The notes: generated by a model from the letters alone, not told the origin. Counted from the first letter of the whole stretch, positions 8,877-19,253 are shown. The stretch is DNA of 63,981 bases, filler included, from 6 parts of 6 records of this genome joined end to end with filler, not necessarily neighbours in it; one strand, 5' to 3'. Numbers and translations: made by a program.

Positions 8877-11161
8877 CCCTTCAATACAATCGGCTCAATG
8901 GCCTCGCCTTGCGGCAGTATGCGGCCAATAATGGCGGTGTGTTCATAGCCCAGTTGCTTCAATGCAGCCACACAGGCCTCTGCTTTTTCGCCGGGCACGG
9001 TGGCCAGCAAACCACCTGCGGTTTGCGGATCGAAAATCAGTGGGTAGCGCGGGTCATTCACATACTCAGCCTGATTTCGAATGGCTCGGCGCAAGCGCAC
9101 GTTCGCAGGTTGCAGAGAACTGACAATGCCTGCGCTGACCATGTCAAGCGCACCGTCCAGCAGGGGCAAGGCGCTTAAATCAAGTTCGGCATCCACTTCA
9201 GAGGGACGGGTCATTTCCACGAGGTGACCCAACAGGCCGAAACCAGTCAGGTCTGTACAAGCCTTCGATCCATATTCACGCAGGCACTGTGCGCCCAAGC
9301 GGTTGCTTTTCACCATCGATTCCAGCGCAGCATCTATCCAGCGGCCTTTGGTTCTCAACTGCGGCAGGGCGGCGAACAAGGTGCCAGTGCCAATGGGTTT
9401 GGTCAGCAAAATTGCATCGCCAGGCCGCATGCCGCCCTTGATCATCACGCCATCCAGGTTTTCATCCACCAAACCGTTGATGGCAAAACCCAAGGCCAAC
9501 TCGCGGCCTTCTCCGGTGTGGCCACCCACCAATGCGCAGCCTGCATCGTTCAAAACCTCCACTGCACCACTCATCATTTGGAACAGCAGTTCCTCTACTT
9601 TCGACTCAAGCCCAGGCGGCACGGTGACCACGGCGGTGGCCGATTGCGCCTCGCCACCCATGGCAAACACATCGCCCAGTGCGTGGTTGGCTGCAACCTT
9701 CCCGAATATATAGGGATCGTCCACAAAAGCCCGGAAGAAGTCGACGGTGTGCACCATCGCTTTGCCGGGTGGCACTTTCACAATCGCCGCATCGTCAGGT
9801 GCATGCAGGCCCACCAATACATCTTCGCGATCCACGGGCTTTAGGTTACCCAGTGCGCGAGATAAAACCGTGGAACCCACCTTGGCACCGCAGCCGCCAC
9901 AGCGCATCGCAATGGCAGAAATGGCCTGCAGGCTTTCCTCCTGCGTCAGTGCCAAATTCGGTGTGCTGTTGCCCCCTGCTGGTTTTGCAGTTGGATCCAT
10001 GTCTGGAAAGTCGCTGAATTTCGCCATGAAGCGGCGGTCAATCCAGTCCTTCCACTGCCACACCCAGGCGCCCGCAAAGCCAAGTGAGCCCTTGGAGGCC
10101 ACTGCATATTTGTCACCAGTGCTGATCAAGGCCAGCCAGGTTTTCTGGGGGCGGTATTCGAGCAGGTCGGTACCCTGTACAAACAGGTGCAAATTTTTGG
10201 TCAAGGGTTTGCCCATGCGCACCGCGAATACACCAGCTTTTTCAAGTGGTGTACTGGTCAAATTCGCAATGTCGCCCGCTGCAAAAATTTTTGGATCACG
10301 TGTGGTTTGCAGGGTGGGGCCCACATTGATGAAGCCGCGTGAATCCAGTTCAAGGTCGGTGTTTTTCAGCCAAGCTGCGCCACCTGCTTGCGTCACCCAC
10401 ATGATTTCGTCAGCATGCAGGCGTTCACCTCGCTTGGTCTGCAGGGTGTGGCCATCCAGTTGAACCACCTCTGCATCCCGGTGAAGTACCACGCCACGTT
10501 CATTCAATACTTTTTCGAAGCGAGCGCGCACGCCCGGGTTGTGGGTGGGCAGTACCTCGGCGTCTGCGGTGAACAGGTGAAATTCCAGTTCATCCGGATT
10601 GCGGCCCATGGTGCTCAGTTCATTGCGCAATCGGAATTGCATGGCCAAGGCCAGTTCAACACCGCCTGCACCACCACCCACCACAGCAATGGTAGTTTTG
10701 CCGGCATGGGTTTTTACTCGGTCCAGCAAGTTAACCCAGCGCTGATTGAATCGAGCAATCGGTTTCACGGGCACTGCATTTTCCAACGCACCTGGCACCA
10801 GCTGAACTTGTGGAGTGCTGCCAATATTGATGGACAGCGCATCATAAGCCACAGGTGGGCGGTTCTTGCAGATCACTTTTTGATTGACGCGATCAATACC
10901 CACCACTTCATCCTTGAACAGGCGTGCACCTGCAAAGGCACATAAGCGACCCAGGTCAATGTGTACATCGTCGTAACTGTAGTGGCCTGCAATATAGCCA
11001 GGCAGCATGCCGGAATAGGGGGTGTGAATATCGGTACAAATCAGGGTAAGGCGCACACCGGGCCAAGGCTTCATGCCAAACATGCGCAGCACACCCACAT
11101 GACTGTGGCCACCGCCTACCAGCACAATGTCACGAAGAATGGGTTGATCAGATGTTTGCAT
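8873..11161 (-). CDS. selD: Selenide, water dikinase SelD (SenC-type) fused to an N-terminal FAD/NAD oxidoreductase domain
   Basis: N-terminal VLVGGGHSH, VGGGAGGVEL, FAAGD. C-terminal MRCGGCGAKVG, DDAA, TVDFF, ALVGGHT, TDLTGFGLLGHL, DPQTAGGLL. Catalytic residue is Cys, not Sec. Confidence 0.95.
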   Translation of the reverse strand: MQTSDQPILRDIVLVGGGHSHVGVLRMFGMKPWPGVRLTLICTDIHTPYSGMLPGYIAGHYSYDDVHIDLGRLCAFAGARLFKDEVVGIDRVNQKVICKNRPPVAYDALSINIGSTPQVQLVPGALENAVPVKPIARFNQRWVNLLDRVKTHAGKTTIAVVGGGAGGVELALAMQFRLRNELSTMGRNPDELEFHLFTADAEVLPTHNPGVRARFEKVLNERGVVLHRDAEVVQLDGHTLQTKRGERLHADEIMWVTQAGGAAWLKNTDLELDSRGFINVGPTLQTTRDPKIFAAGDIANLTSTPLEKAGVFAVRMGKPLTKNLHLFVQGTDLLEYRPQKTWLALISTGDKYAVASKGSLGFAGAWVWQWKDWIDRRFMAKFSDFPDMDPTAKPAGGNSTPNLALTQEESLQAISAIAMRCGGCGAKVGSTVLSRALGNLKPVDREDVLVGLHAPDDAAIVKVPPGKAMVHTVDFFRAFVDDPYIFGKVAANHALGDVFAMGGEAQSATAVVTVPPGLESKVEELLFQMMSGAVEVLNDAGCALVGGHTGEGRELALGFAINGLVDENLDGVMIKGGMRPGDAILLTKPIGTGTLFAALPQLRTKGRWIDAALESMVKSNRLGAQCLREYGSKACTDLTGFGLLGHLVEMTRPSEVDAELDLSALPLLDGALDMVSAGIVSSLQPANVRLRRAIRNQAEYVNDPRYPLIFDPQTAGGLLATVPGEKAEACVAALKQLGYEHTAIIGRILPQGEAIEPIVLKG

Positions 11162-12221
11162 GGTTTACTTCTTGTGGGTTGAGTTTGTTGTTGTATTGAA
11201 CTGCTCGTTGTACGAGTGCAATTAACTGGTTTTGTTCGTTTACTGGGGCAAATAGTTTGGCCCGCTCGGCGCATTGGTTTTTCAGCTTGGCATACAAACT
11301 GGATTTACCCGGTGGCAGGGGTTTCGGATTCACAATGTCCTCCTGCAACTGGGTTAGCACATTGGCCAACGCATGCGCATTGCCCAGGGGAAAATAACCG
11401 GGGTAGCCTGCGCCCAACATGCCAATGTTGCCGTCGATGTAACTCGCCACTACAGGTGTCCCACTGCACACAGCTTCCATGATCACATGTGCGCCCCCCT
11501 CCATTTTGCTGGCGTGTACCAGCACATGGGCACGTTGAATTCGTGCTCGGGTTGTACTGTGCGGCTGGTTGCCCAGCCACCGGTAATTGGGGCAAGCCTG
11601 CATGGTCTCCTCAGCGGCTTGGGCCAACTCCGGGTCGAGTGGACCACCAATGTGGTCGATGAAAATATCGGGGTAAGCACGCAGCAATACCGCTGCCTCC
11701 ATGAGGGTTTGGGGCATTTTTTCATCCCGAAGATGCCCCACCATGACAACCTTCAATCGGCGTTTTGCCTTCGCGAGCGTTTTGCGTGAAGAGGTGGATT
11801 GAAAAATTACCGATGTTTTTTCTTGCAGGGCTTCGCCCAGTTTCTCGGTGCCTTTTTCTTGCAGCACGATCAGATGCCGTGCCAACTCCAGCGATTTTTG
11901 GGCTGTTTCGTCGGTGTCAATGTCGCGATACAGGTCGGTGCCTGTCAGCGCCAGTATTAGCCCCAGGCTTCCTTGCGCATCTGTGCCGCGGCTTTGCGCC
12001 CAAGCTGCGATTGAATCGGCAGAACGCCGCGCATGCAGCGCAATCATTGCAACATCGTTTTGTGTGGCCAGGTTGCTTTCCCAATGCTTCACAATGCGCA
12101 CATTAAAATGCCCGGATAAAAACAATTGCCATCGGCGGGCGGTTTGCCAGTTGCCGTTGTTGGAATCGGCAAGAGCGGGGCTTACGATGGCGACGGACGG
12201 TTTAATCAAGACAACAGCCAC
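11148..12221 (-). CDS. senB: Selenosugar synthase SenB-type glycosyltransferase (start approximate: GTG 12221 or TTG 12209)
   Basis: IVSPALADSNNGNWQTARRW, ALHARRS, LTGTDLYRD, GHLRDEK and MEGGAHV motifs; overlaps the selD start. Confidence 0.88.
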   Translation of the reverse strand: MAVVLIKPSVAIVSPALADSNNGNWQTARRWQLFLSGHFNVRIVKHWESNLATQNDVAMIALHARRSADSIAAWAQSRGTDAQGSLGLILALTGTDLYRDIDTDETAQKSLELARHLIVLQEKGTEKLGEALQEKTSVIFQSTSSRKTLAKAKRRLKVVMVGHLRDEKMPQTLMEAAVLLRAYPDIFIDHIGGPLDPELAQAAEETMQACPNYRWLGNQPHSTTRARIQRAHVLVHASKMEGGAHVIMEAVCSGTPVVASYIDGNIGMLGAGYPGYFPLGNAHALANVLTQLQEDIVNPKPLPPGKSSLYAKLKNQCAERAKLFAPVNEQNQLIALVQRAVQYNNKLNPQEVNHANI

Positions 12222-12326
12222 TTCATTGGATAGGGGTGAATTTGGGGTGCCAACCACCCAAGGTGGTACACTGCGACCCTGAAGAAGTTTACACGATACA
12301 ACCCGCCACTCACCGCGAGAACCCGC

Positions 12327-13520
12327 ATGCACTCAGCTCAAGAAAACCCTGTGATCCAATGGACCAAAGGCGATGAAACCTTCAGTGCGCGCTGGCAGTC
12401 GGAGCGCAATTTGGCGGTGCCGGGCAAAGTGATGTTGGCCGACGACACACTGACCGCGGACATGGCGTACCGCCTGGCCTGTGAGGGCAACGTGTTTTTG
12501 TGGCAAAGCGATTTCCAGAATGCACGCCAATTGATGCAGGCCCTGGTGCGACGGGTCGACAAAAATGCCGAGCATAAAAAGAGCAAGGCCGCCAAGTCAG
12601 GCAAGGCCGATGTGGAGTATCCGCAAAAGTTTCACCTGTACCGCCAGGCACAAGCCCAACGTGCACGAATTCTGGGTTCCATCCTGATTCCTTTCAACGC
12701 GGATTACAGCATTCCTTTGCGCCGTGCACCCGACGTGCTGACTGCTTGCAGCGAAGCATGGGGGGAACCGCAAGCCGGAGGCCCAATGATTGTGACCTCA
12801 CTGCGCGAGATGATGGGCGTGGTGGGTGCGCATGAATGGCGCAAGAAGGGTGTGGATGTACCAGCCCTTGGCGACCCACCCAACAACCGAATTCATCCGT
12901 ATTACGGTGTTTTTTCGCCTGTGCGCGGCGAGTATGTGGATTTGGTACTCAAAGCACCTTTACCCAAAGCTTGTGAGGTCAATGGCTCGGCCGTGGATGT
13001 GGGTACAGGCACTGGCGTGTTGGCTGCGGTGTTGGCCCAGCGCTGGTTGAGCAATATTGTGGCCACCGACAACGACCCACGCGCACTGGAATGTGCGCAA
13101 TTCAATATCCAGAATTTGGGCATGGGCAAGCAGGTGAAAGTGGTACAGGCTGACTTGTTTCCCGACAGCAAAGCCGATTTGATTGTGTGCAACCCGCCTT
13201 GGTTGCCTGGCAAGCCCACTTCACCGATTGAACGCGCCATTTACGATGAAAACAGTGGCATGTTGAAAGCTTACCTGGCGGGCCTGGCTGCGCATTTGAA
13301 TGCGGGCGGAGAAGGCTGGTTGATCTTGTCGGATTTGGCGGAACATTTAAAGTTGCGCACACGGGAAGAGTTGCTGGGCTGGATTGAGCTGGCGGGCCTG
13401 AAAGTATTGGGCCGCACAGATGCAAAGCCCAAACATGGCAAGGCCTTTGATGCCAGTGATGCGTTGTTTGATGCACGATCGAAGGAAGTGACCAGTTTGT
13501 GGCGACTTGCTGCTGGCTAA
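12327..13520 (+). CDS. Class I SAM-dependent methyltransferase (MTS/PrmC-like)
   Basis: DVGTGTGVLA motif I and CNPPW motif IV. Confidence 0.88.
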   Translation: MHSAQENPVIQWTKGDETFSARWQSERNLAVPGKVMLADDTLTADMAYRLACEGNVFLWQSDFQNARQLMQALVRRVDKNAEHKKSKAAKSGKADVEYPQKFHLYRQAQAQRARILGSILIPFNADYSIPLRRAPDVLTACSEAWGEPQAGGPMIVTSLREMMGVVGAHEWRKKGVDVPALGDPPNNRIHPYYGVFSPVRGEYVDLVLKAPLPKACEVNGSAVDVGTGTGVLAAVLAQRWLSNIVATDNDPRALECAQFNIQNLGMGKQVKVVQADLFPDSKADLIVCNPPWLPGKPTSPIERAIYDENSGMLKAYLAGLAAHLNAGGEGWLILSDLAEHLKLRTREELLGWIELAGLKVLGRTDAKPKHGKAFDASDALFDARSKEVTSLWRLAAG

Positions 13521-13623
13521 TTGGCATGCCTGTTGTCGCTATCGTTGCGCATTGCTTATCGCTTAATCAGCGCGAATCCCAATGCGTTCGCCTGAAAACC
13601 TGTATTTCCCTTTTTGATATTCA

Positions 13624-13723
13624 NNNNNNNNNNNNNNNNNNNNNNNNNNNNNNNNNNNNNNNNNNNNTTAATTAATTAANNNNNNNNNNNNNNNNNNNNN
13701 NNNNNNNNNNNNNNNNNNNNNNN
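13624..13723. other. Artificial contig linker
   Basis: N-run, TTAATTAATTAA, N-run. Confidence 0.98.
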
Positions 13724-13880
13724 CACGGAACGCCCGGTTGCGGGTATATGGTTCGCACCCCTTTTGCGTGCGCTTTGCGCCCGCGTCAAGGCGCTTTGCA
13801 AAGGGAAATGGTGCAAGGGCGGTTGCACAGGGCGGCGCTGCATGCCCTTATGGGCGCAGCGCCAACTACAGGAGAAACCG

Positions 13881-14642
13881 ATGCCTGCCGCCCAATTTCT
13901 GCACACACCCGAGGGCCGCCAAATTGCCTATCACCGCAGCGCGGGGCAGGGGCCGGGCATTGTATTTTTGGGTGGGTTCAAATCCGATATGGAAGGCACC
14001 AAGGCGCTGTTTTTGCAGCAATGGGCGCAGCAGCAGGGCCGGGCGTTTTTGCGCTTTGATTATTCGGGCCATGGCCAAAGCAGCGGCGCCTTTGACGAGG
14101 GCGCCATCGGCGATTGGGCCAGTGATGCGCGCGCTGCCATCACCCAATTAACCGAGGGCCCGCAGGTGATTGTTGGCTCTAGCATGGGGGGGTGGATTGC
14201 GCTGTTGATCTGCCGCTCTATGCCGGAAAAAGTGGCGGGCCTTGTCACGATTGCCGCGGCGCCTGATTTCACCGAAGACAGTATGTGGGCCAGCTTTGAT
14301 GCCGGCCAGCGTGCTGCACTTGCCGAAAACGGGCGGATCGAGCTGCCCAGCGATTACGACGATGGCCCCTATGTGATCACCCAGCGCCTGATCGAAGAGG
14401 GGCGCCGCAACCTGGTGCTGCGCAGCCCCCTGGCGCTGCCAATGCCCGTGCGGTTTTTGCAAGGCACCGCAGATGAGGCGGTAGAAACCGCCGTGGCGCT
14501 GCGCCTGCTTGATCATGCCACGGGGCCAGATATGCGCCTGTCGTTGGTCAAAGGCGCCGATCACCGCTTTTCCACGCCCGATTGCCTGGCCATGATGGCC
14601 GGGGCCATTGCCGAGGTCAGCGAGGCCGCGCGCAGTTCCTAA
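13881..14642 (+). CDS. Alpha/beta hydrolase (ABHD10-like)
   Basis: RBS AGGAG; FLGGFKSDMEGTKA, GSSMGG nucleophile, ADHRFS. Confidence 0.9.
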   Translation: MPAAQFLHTPEGRQIAYHRSAGQGPGIVFLGGFKSDMEGTKALFLQQWAQQQGRAFLRFDYSGHGQSSGAFDEGAIGDWASDARAAITQLTEGPQVIVGSSMGGWIALLICRSMPEKVAGLVTIAAAPDFTEDSMWASFDAGQRAALAENGRIELPSDYDDGPYVITQRLIEEGRRNLVLRSPLALPMPVRFLQGTADEAVETAVALRLLDHATGPDMRLSLVKGADHRFSTPDCLAMMAGAIAEVSEAARSS

Positions 14643-14699
14643 TTGCAAGGGGGCCGGGGCTGGGCCATATCTGGGGGGTGTAAGCGTAAGGGGTTCCCA

Positions 14700-15422
14700 A
14701 TGACCGAGCCGGTGGTGTTTTTGCCCGCAATGATGTGCGACGCGCGGTTGTTTCAGGCGCAGATCACCCCGTTGTCGCGCCAACGCCCAGTTATGGTGGC
14801 GCCCATTTCGGGTGCCGAGCGGGTGGATGAAATTGCCACCACCTTGCTAGATATGTTGCCGCATAAATTTGCCTTGGCCGGGCACAGTATGGGCGGGATC
14901 GTGGCGCTAGAGCTGCTGCGCCGCGCCCCCAATCGCGTGACGCGGCTGGCCTTGATGGCCACCAGCCCCTTGGGTGAAACCCCCCAGGCCAGCGCCGCCT
15001 ACGAGCCGCTGATCGTGGCGGCGCGGGCGGGGCGCTTGGATCAGGCGTTAGAGGGGGTGGTGCCGCGCGCGGCCCTGGCGCCGGGGCCCGGGCGCGCGGG
15101 TGTTTTGGCCCAGTTTCACGCCATGGCCCATGATGCGGGGGCCGGGCAATTTGTGGCGCAGTTGCGCGCGCTGCAGCGCCGCCGCGATCAGCAAGGCACG
15201 CTGCGCCGCTGCAAGGTGCCCACCACCATTATTTGCGGCGCCCATGATACGCTGACGCCCCCGCGCCGACATGCGTTGATGGCGGGGCTGGTGCCCTGTG
15301 CCCGCCTCGAGGTGATCGAGCAGGCCGGCCATTTCATGCCCCTCGAGGCCCCCCAGGCGCTGACCGAGATTTTGCAAAACTGGTTAGCCCAGCCCTATGT
15401 TCTGCAGGACCGGCGGGCATAA
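14700..15422 (+). CDS. Alpha/beta hydrolase
   Basis: GHSMGG nucleophile, GAHDTLTP, AGHFMPLE. Confidence 0.9.
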   Translation: MTEPVVFLPAMMCDARLFQAQITPLSRQRPVMVAPISGAERVDEIATTLLDMLPHKFALAGHSMGGIVALELLRRAPNRVTRLALMATSPLGETPQASAAYEPLIVAARAGRLDQALEGVVPRAALAPGPGRAGVLAQFHAMAHDAGAGQFVAQLRALQRRRDQQGTLRRCKVPTTIICGAHDTLTPPRRHALMAGLVPCARLEVIEQAGHFMPLEAPQALTEILQNWLAQPYVLQDRRA

Positions 15423-15454
15423 AAAAGCCCAAACCGCGCGCGGCGGCTTGGGCT
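15421..15454 (-). terminator. Rho-independent terminator for phaZ (between convergent genes)
   Basis: AGCCCAAACCGC...GCGGCTTGGGCT stem, followed on the minus strand by a T-run. Confidence 0.7.
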
Positions 15455-15475
15455 GCGTTTGCAGATGGGGCCGGT

Positions 15476-16759
15476 TTATTTCGCTGCGGTGGATTTGGCC
15501 ACTTTCAGCTTGGCGCCGCGGCGTGGGCGCTCGGCGTTGGCATCCATGAAATCCAAAATCAGTGGGCGGATGTTGTTACGCCAGCTTTTGCCGGCAAAAA
15601 TGCCGTAATGGCCTGCGCCCGGTTCCACATGGTTGGCTTTCATACTGTCGGGCAGGCCGGTCAGCAGGCCCAGCGCCGCCACGCATTGGCCGGGGGCGGA
15701 AATATCGTCATTGGCCCCTTCTACCGTGTGCACAGCCACATCGGTGATTTTGCCAATATCCACTTTGTGGCCCTTTACCGTGAACACGTTGCGGGCAATC
15801 TCGCGGTTTTTGAAGATGCGTTCGACGGTTGATAGGTAGAATTCGGCGGTCATGTCCATAACGGCCAGATATTCATCGTAAAAGCGGTTATGTGCGTCGT
15901 GGTCGCTGGCCTCGCCGCGGGCGACTGCGGCGATTTGGTTGTTGAAAGCCTTGGAATGGCGATCGGCATTCATCGACATGAACGACGCCAGCTGCAAAAG
16001 CCCAGGGTATACCATGCGCCCGACGCCTGGGTATTTGAACCCGACGCGCTGGATCATCATTTCCTCAAGCTGGCCCATGGTGACGCGGTTGCCGAAATCG
16101 GTCACGTCGGTGGGGGTGGCATCGGGGTCGATCGGGCCGCCAATCAGGGTTAGGGTGCGGGGCTGGGCCTGCGGCTCTTGCTCGGCCAGATAGGCGGTGG
16201 CGGCCAGCGTCAGCGGGGCGGGTTGGCAGACGGCGATAACATGGGTGTCTGGCCCCAGTTCTTTCATGAAATCAACCAGATAGAGCGTGTAATCCTCGAC
16301 GTCGAATTTACCCTCGCTGACGGGAATATCGCGGGCGTTGTGCCAATCGGTGATATAGACCTCGTTATTCACCAACAGCGATTTCACCGTCGAGCGCAGC
16401 AGCGTGGCATAATGGCCCGACATCGGCGCCACCAGCAAAACCTTGCGTTTTTGCGGCTCGCGGCCGGACACGTTAAAATGGATCAAATCGCCAAATGCGC
16501 GTTCTACGACCGTGTCAATTTTCACCAGATGGTCTTTGCCATCTTCGCAGGTAAAGGTGCGAATGCCCCAATCTGGCTTGGCCACCATGCGCTGGAATGT
16601 GCGCTCGGTCACCTCGCCCCAGGCGGCCATCCATTTCAACGCAGGGTTTGGCACCATCGAAAAAACCGGGTATGATGCCATTGCAAGGGCGGAGGCACCC
16701 AACCATTGGTTTGTATTGCGCATCGTTTCCATCAAGTCATAGGTCGCCATATAGCGCAT
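15476..16759 (-). CDS. phaZ: Intracellular polyhydroxyalkanoate depolymerase
   Basis: VAPMSGHYATLLR, AVCQP, YDEYLAVMD and GHYGIF motifs; pha cluster. Confidence 0.95.
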   Translation of the reverse strand: MRYMATYDLMETMRNTNQWLGASALAMASYPVFSMVPNPALKWMAAWGEVTERTFQRMVAKPDWGIRTFTCEDGKDHLVKIDTVVERAFGDLIHFNVSGREPQKRKVLLVAPMSGHYATLLRSTVKSLLVNNEVYITDWHNARDIPVSEGKFDVEDYTLYLVDFMKELGPDTHVIAVCQPAPLTLAATAYLAEQEPQAQPRTLTLIGGPIDPDATPTDVTDFGNRVTMGQLEEMMIQRVGFKYPGVGRMVYPGLLQLASFMSMNADRHSKAFNNQIAAVARGEASDHDAHNRFYDEYLAVMDMTAEFYLSTVERIFKNREIARNVFTVKGHKVDIGKITDVAVHTVEGANDDISAPGQCVAALGLLTGLPDSMKANHVEPGAGHYGIFAGKSWRNNIRPLILDFMDANAERPRRGAKLKVAKSTAAK

Positions 16760-16837
16760 TTTGGTGTCTCCTTGCTTTTGGGCGGCAGTCCTGCGACTCG
16801 GGGGGCGAGGGGCGGGTCTGGCAGTATCAGCTTAATG

Positions 16838-16848
16838 CTGCATAGCAG
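16838..16848. promoter_or_regulatory. PhaR-type operator between phaZ and phaC
   Basis: CTGC-ATA-GCAG matches the CTGC-N3-4-GCAG PhaR motif. Confidence 0.6.
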
Positions 16849-16872
16849 AAAATCTACGAGGAATTAATTCAT

Positions 16873-18666
16873 ATGGCAACTAAAGAGGATGTCGCACCGG
16901 CAAACCTTGACAAGATGAGCGCCAATTTGGCCCGTGTCGAGGAGCTTTCCAAGCGGCTGATCGAGGCGCTTTCCGCCCGCAAACCCGCCAACGTCACCTT
17001 GAATGGCCCCTCGCAAGAGCTGTTTTTGAAGGCCAGCCAGTCTTACATGAGCGAAGTCATGCAAAACCCGGGCCGCATTTTTGAACATCAGGTCGAATTT
17101 TGGGGCAAATCGGTGAAACATTTCATGGATGCCCAGGTGGCACTGGCCCAAGGCAAATTGTCTGCCCCCCCAGATGATACCCCAAGCGATCGGCGTTTTT
17201 CCAACCCGCTTTGGGCCACAAACCCCTATTTCAACTATGTAAAACAACAATATATGCTAAATGCCGAGGCCCTGCGCACCGCTGTGGCCGATATTGAAGA
17301 TCTGGATGCGGTGGAAAAGCGCCGGCTGCAATATTTCTCGGATCAGATCATTGATATGATGGCGCCCACCAATTTCCTGGGCACCAACCCAGATGCGTTA
17401 GAACGCGCGGTGGCCACCGATGGCGAAAGCCTGGTGCGTGGCTTGGAAAACCTTGTATCCGATCTCGAGGCCAATAACGGCGAAATGCTGGTGCGGCTGG
17501 CCGATTCGGATGCGTTCAAACTGGGCGAAAACATCGCCGCTACAGAAGGCGCGGTTGTCTATCGCAACCATATGTTCGAGCTTTTGCAATATGCCCCGAC
17601 CACCAAAGAGGTGCATGCCACACCGCTGATTATTTTCCCGCCGTGGATCAACAAGTTCTACATTTTGGATCTGAAACCCGAAAACAGCCTGATCAAATGG
17701 ATCACCGATCAGGGCTATACGCTGTTTGTTGTCTCGTGGGTGAACCCCGATGCAAGCTATGCCAATATCGGCATGTCCGACTATATCGAAGATGGCTATC
17801 TGGCGGCCTTTCGCGAGGTTAAGGCGATCACCGGGCAAGAGCAGGTCAACGCCGTGGGCTATTGCATTGCCGGCACCACGCTGAACATGACATTGGCGCT
17901 GATGAAGCATCGCGGTGATACATCGGTGAATTCGGCCACGTTCTTTACCACACTGACCGATTTCAGCGAGCAGGGGGAATTTACCCCGTTTTTGCAAAAT
18001 GATTTCATCGACGGCATCGAAGACGAGGTGAAAGAACAAGGCGTGCTGCGCAGCTTTATCATGGCGCGCACCTTCAGCTTTCTGCGCTCGAACGATCTGA
18101 TTTATGGGCCGGCGATCCGGTCTTACATGCTGGGCGAAACGCCGCCGGCGTTCGATTTGCTGCATTGGAATGGCGATGGCACCAACCTGCCTGCGAAAAT
18201 GGCGATGGAATATTTGCGCGGCCTTTGCCAGGACAATAAATTCGCCGATGGCGGGATCGAGCTGTGCAACGACCGTTTAAGCATCGAAGATGTCGATGTG
18301 CCGGTGTTCTTTGTGGCCTGCGAAACCGATCATATCGCGGCGTGGAAAGACAGCTACCGCGGGGCGCAGAAACTGGGGGCGGGCGATAAAACCTTTATCG
18401 TGTCGCAATCGGGCCATGTGGCCGGCATTGTGAACCCGCCTTCGAAAAAGAAATATGGCCATTATCACAACCCCGATCTGGGGCTTGATGCGCAGGGCTG
18501 GATGCAGGGCGCCAGTTTTACCGAAGGGTCGTGGTGGCCGCGTTGGCAGGAATGGCTGGCGGCACGCTCGGGCGAGATGGTCAAGGCCCGCACGCCTGGT
18601 GATTCGAGCCATCCTGTGCTGTGCCCGGCGCCCGGCACCTATGTGAACGGCTCAAAAAGCCTGTAG
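16873..18666 (+). CDS. phaC: Class I PHA synthase
   Basis: PPWINKFYILDL, GYCIAG (catalytic Cys), DHIA, SGHVAGIVNPP, GSWWPRW. Confidence 0.97.
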   Translation: MATKEDVAPANLDKMSANLARVEELSKRLIEALSARKPANVTLNGPSQELFLKASQSYMSEVMQNPGRIFEHQVEFWGKSVKHFMDAQVALAQGKLSAPPDDTPSDRRFSNPLWATNPYFNYVKQQYMLNAEALRTAVADIEDLDAVEKRRLQYFSDQIIDMMAPTNFLGTNPDALERAVATDGESLVRGLENLVSDLEANNGEMLVRLADSDAFKLGENIAATEGAVVYRNHMFELLQYAPTTKEVHATPLIIFPPWINKFYILDLKPENSLIKWITDQGYTLFVVSWVNPDASYANIGMSDYIEDGYLAAFREVKAITGQEQVNAVGYCIAGTTLNMTLALMKHRGDTSVNSATFFTTLTDFSEQGEFTPFLQNDFIDGIEDEVKEQGVLRSFIMARTFSFLRSNDLIYGPAIRSYMLGETPPAFDLLHWNGDGTNLPAKMAMEYLRGLCQDNKFADGGIELCNDRLSIEDVDVPVFFVACETDHIAAWKDSYRGAQKLGAGDKTFIVSQSGHVAGIVNPPSKKKYGHYHNPDLGLDAQGWMQGASFTEGSWWPRWQEWLAARSGEMVKARTPGDSSHPVLCPAPGTYVNGSKSL

Positions 18667-18690
18667 AAATCATGGGATAGCAGATTTTTT

Positions 18691-18729
18691 CTGCAGTGCA
18701 GCAAAAACACTTGATTTGCTGCGCCGCAG
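18691..18729. promoter_or_regulatory. Two PhaR operators in the phaP promoter
   Basis: CTGC-AGT-GCAG (18691-18701) and CTGC-GCC-GCAG (18719-18729). Confidence 0.7.
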
Positions 18730-18797
18730 CATGCATATTGTTTGCAGACGCAGAAAGCTGGGGTGGGCCTGGCTGAGCGCAAGCAAGGAATAGCACG

Positions 18798-19244
18798 ATG
18801 GCTAAAACCCAAGATTTCACCGCGATGTTCAAAGACGTCATGGGCGCCTTCCCCGTAGATACCAAAGCCATGGAAGACGCGTTCAAAACGCAGGCGGCTT
18901 TCAATGAAAAGCTGACCGCCGTTGCGCTGGAAGCGGCCGAGAAATCCTCGGAAGTGTCGGCAAAATGGACCAAAGAAACCCTGGCCAAGCTGACCGAAGT
19001 GTCGAAATCGAAAGCCGAGCCTGCAGATTACGCCAAAGCCATGACCGATTTTGCATCGGCCACCGCTGAAGTTGCTGCTGAAAACATGGCCGCTTTTGCC
19101 GAAATCGCCAAAAAAGTGCAGATGGACACCGTCGAGCTGCTGATGGCTGCTGGCAAAGACATGACCGACGAGGCATCGGCCGCAGTTCAAAAAGCTACCA
19201 AAGAAGCCACCGCAGTTGCCAAGAAAGCCGCTGCTGCCAAGTAA
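18798..19244 (+). CDS. phaP: Phasin
   Basis: 148 aa Ala/Lys-rich helical protein between phaC and phaR (MAKTQDF...ENMAAFAEIAKKVQMDTVELLMAAG). Confidence 0.92.
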   Translation: MAKTQDFTAMFKDVMGAFPVDTKAMEDAFKTQAAFNEKLTAVALEAAEKSSEVSAKWTKETLAKLTEVSKSKAEPADYAKAMTDFASATAEVAAENMAAFAEIAKKVQMDTVELLMAAGKDMTDEASAAVQKATKEATAVAKKAAAAK

Positions 19245-19253
19245 GGCAAAGAA

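Noticed and set aside
9880-9910. Selenocysteine (UGA) recoding in SelD
   Set aside because: The active-site motif is CGGCGAK with Cys codons; there is no in-frame TGA.
12327-13520. EgtD (histidine trimethyltransferase) for the selenoneine pathway
   Set aside because: Has the NPPW motif of MTS/PrmC-type enzymes, not EgtD motifs.
13521-13536. sigma54-like TTGGCATGCCTGTTGT after the methyltransferase
   Set aside because: The -12 element is imperfect and the downstream gene is cut off by the contig end, so it cannot be supported.
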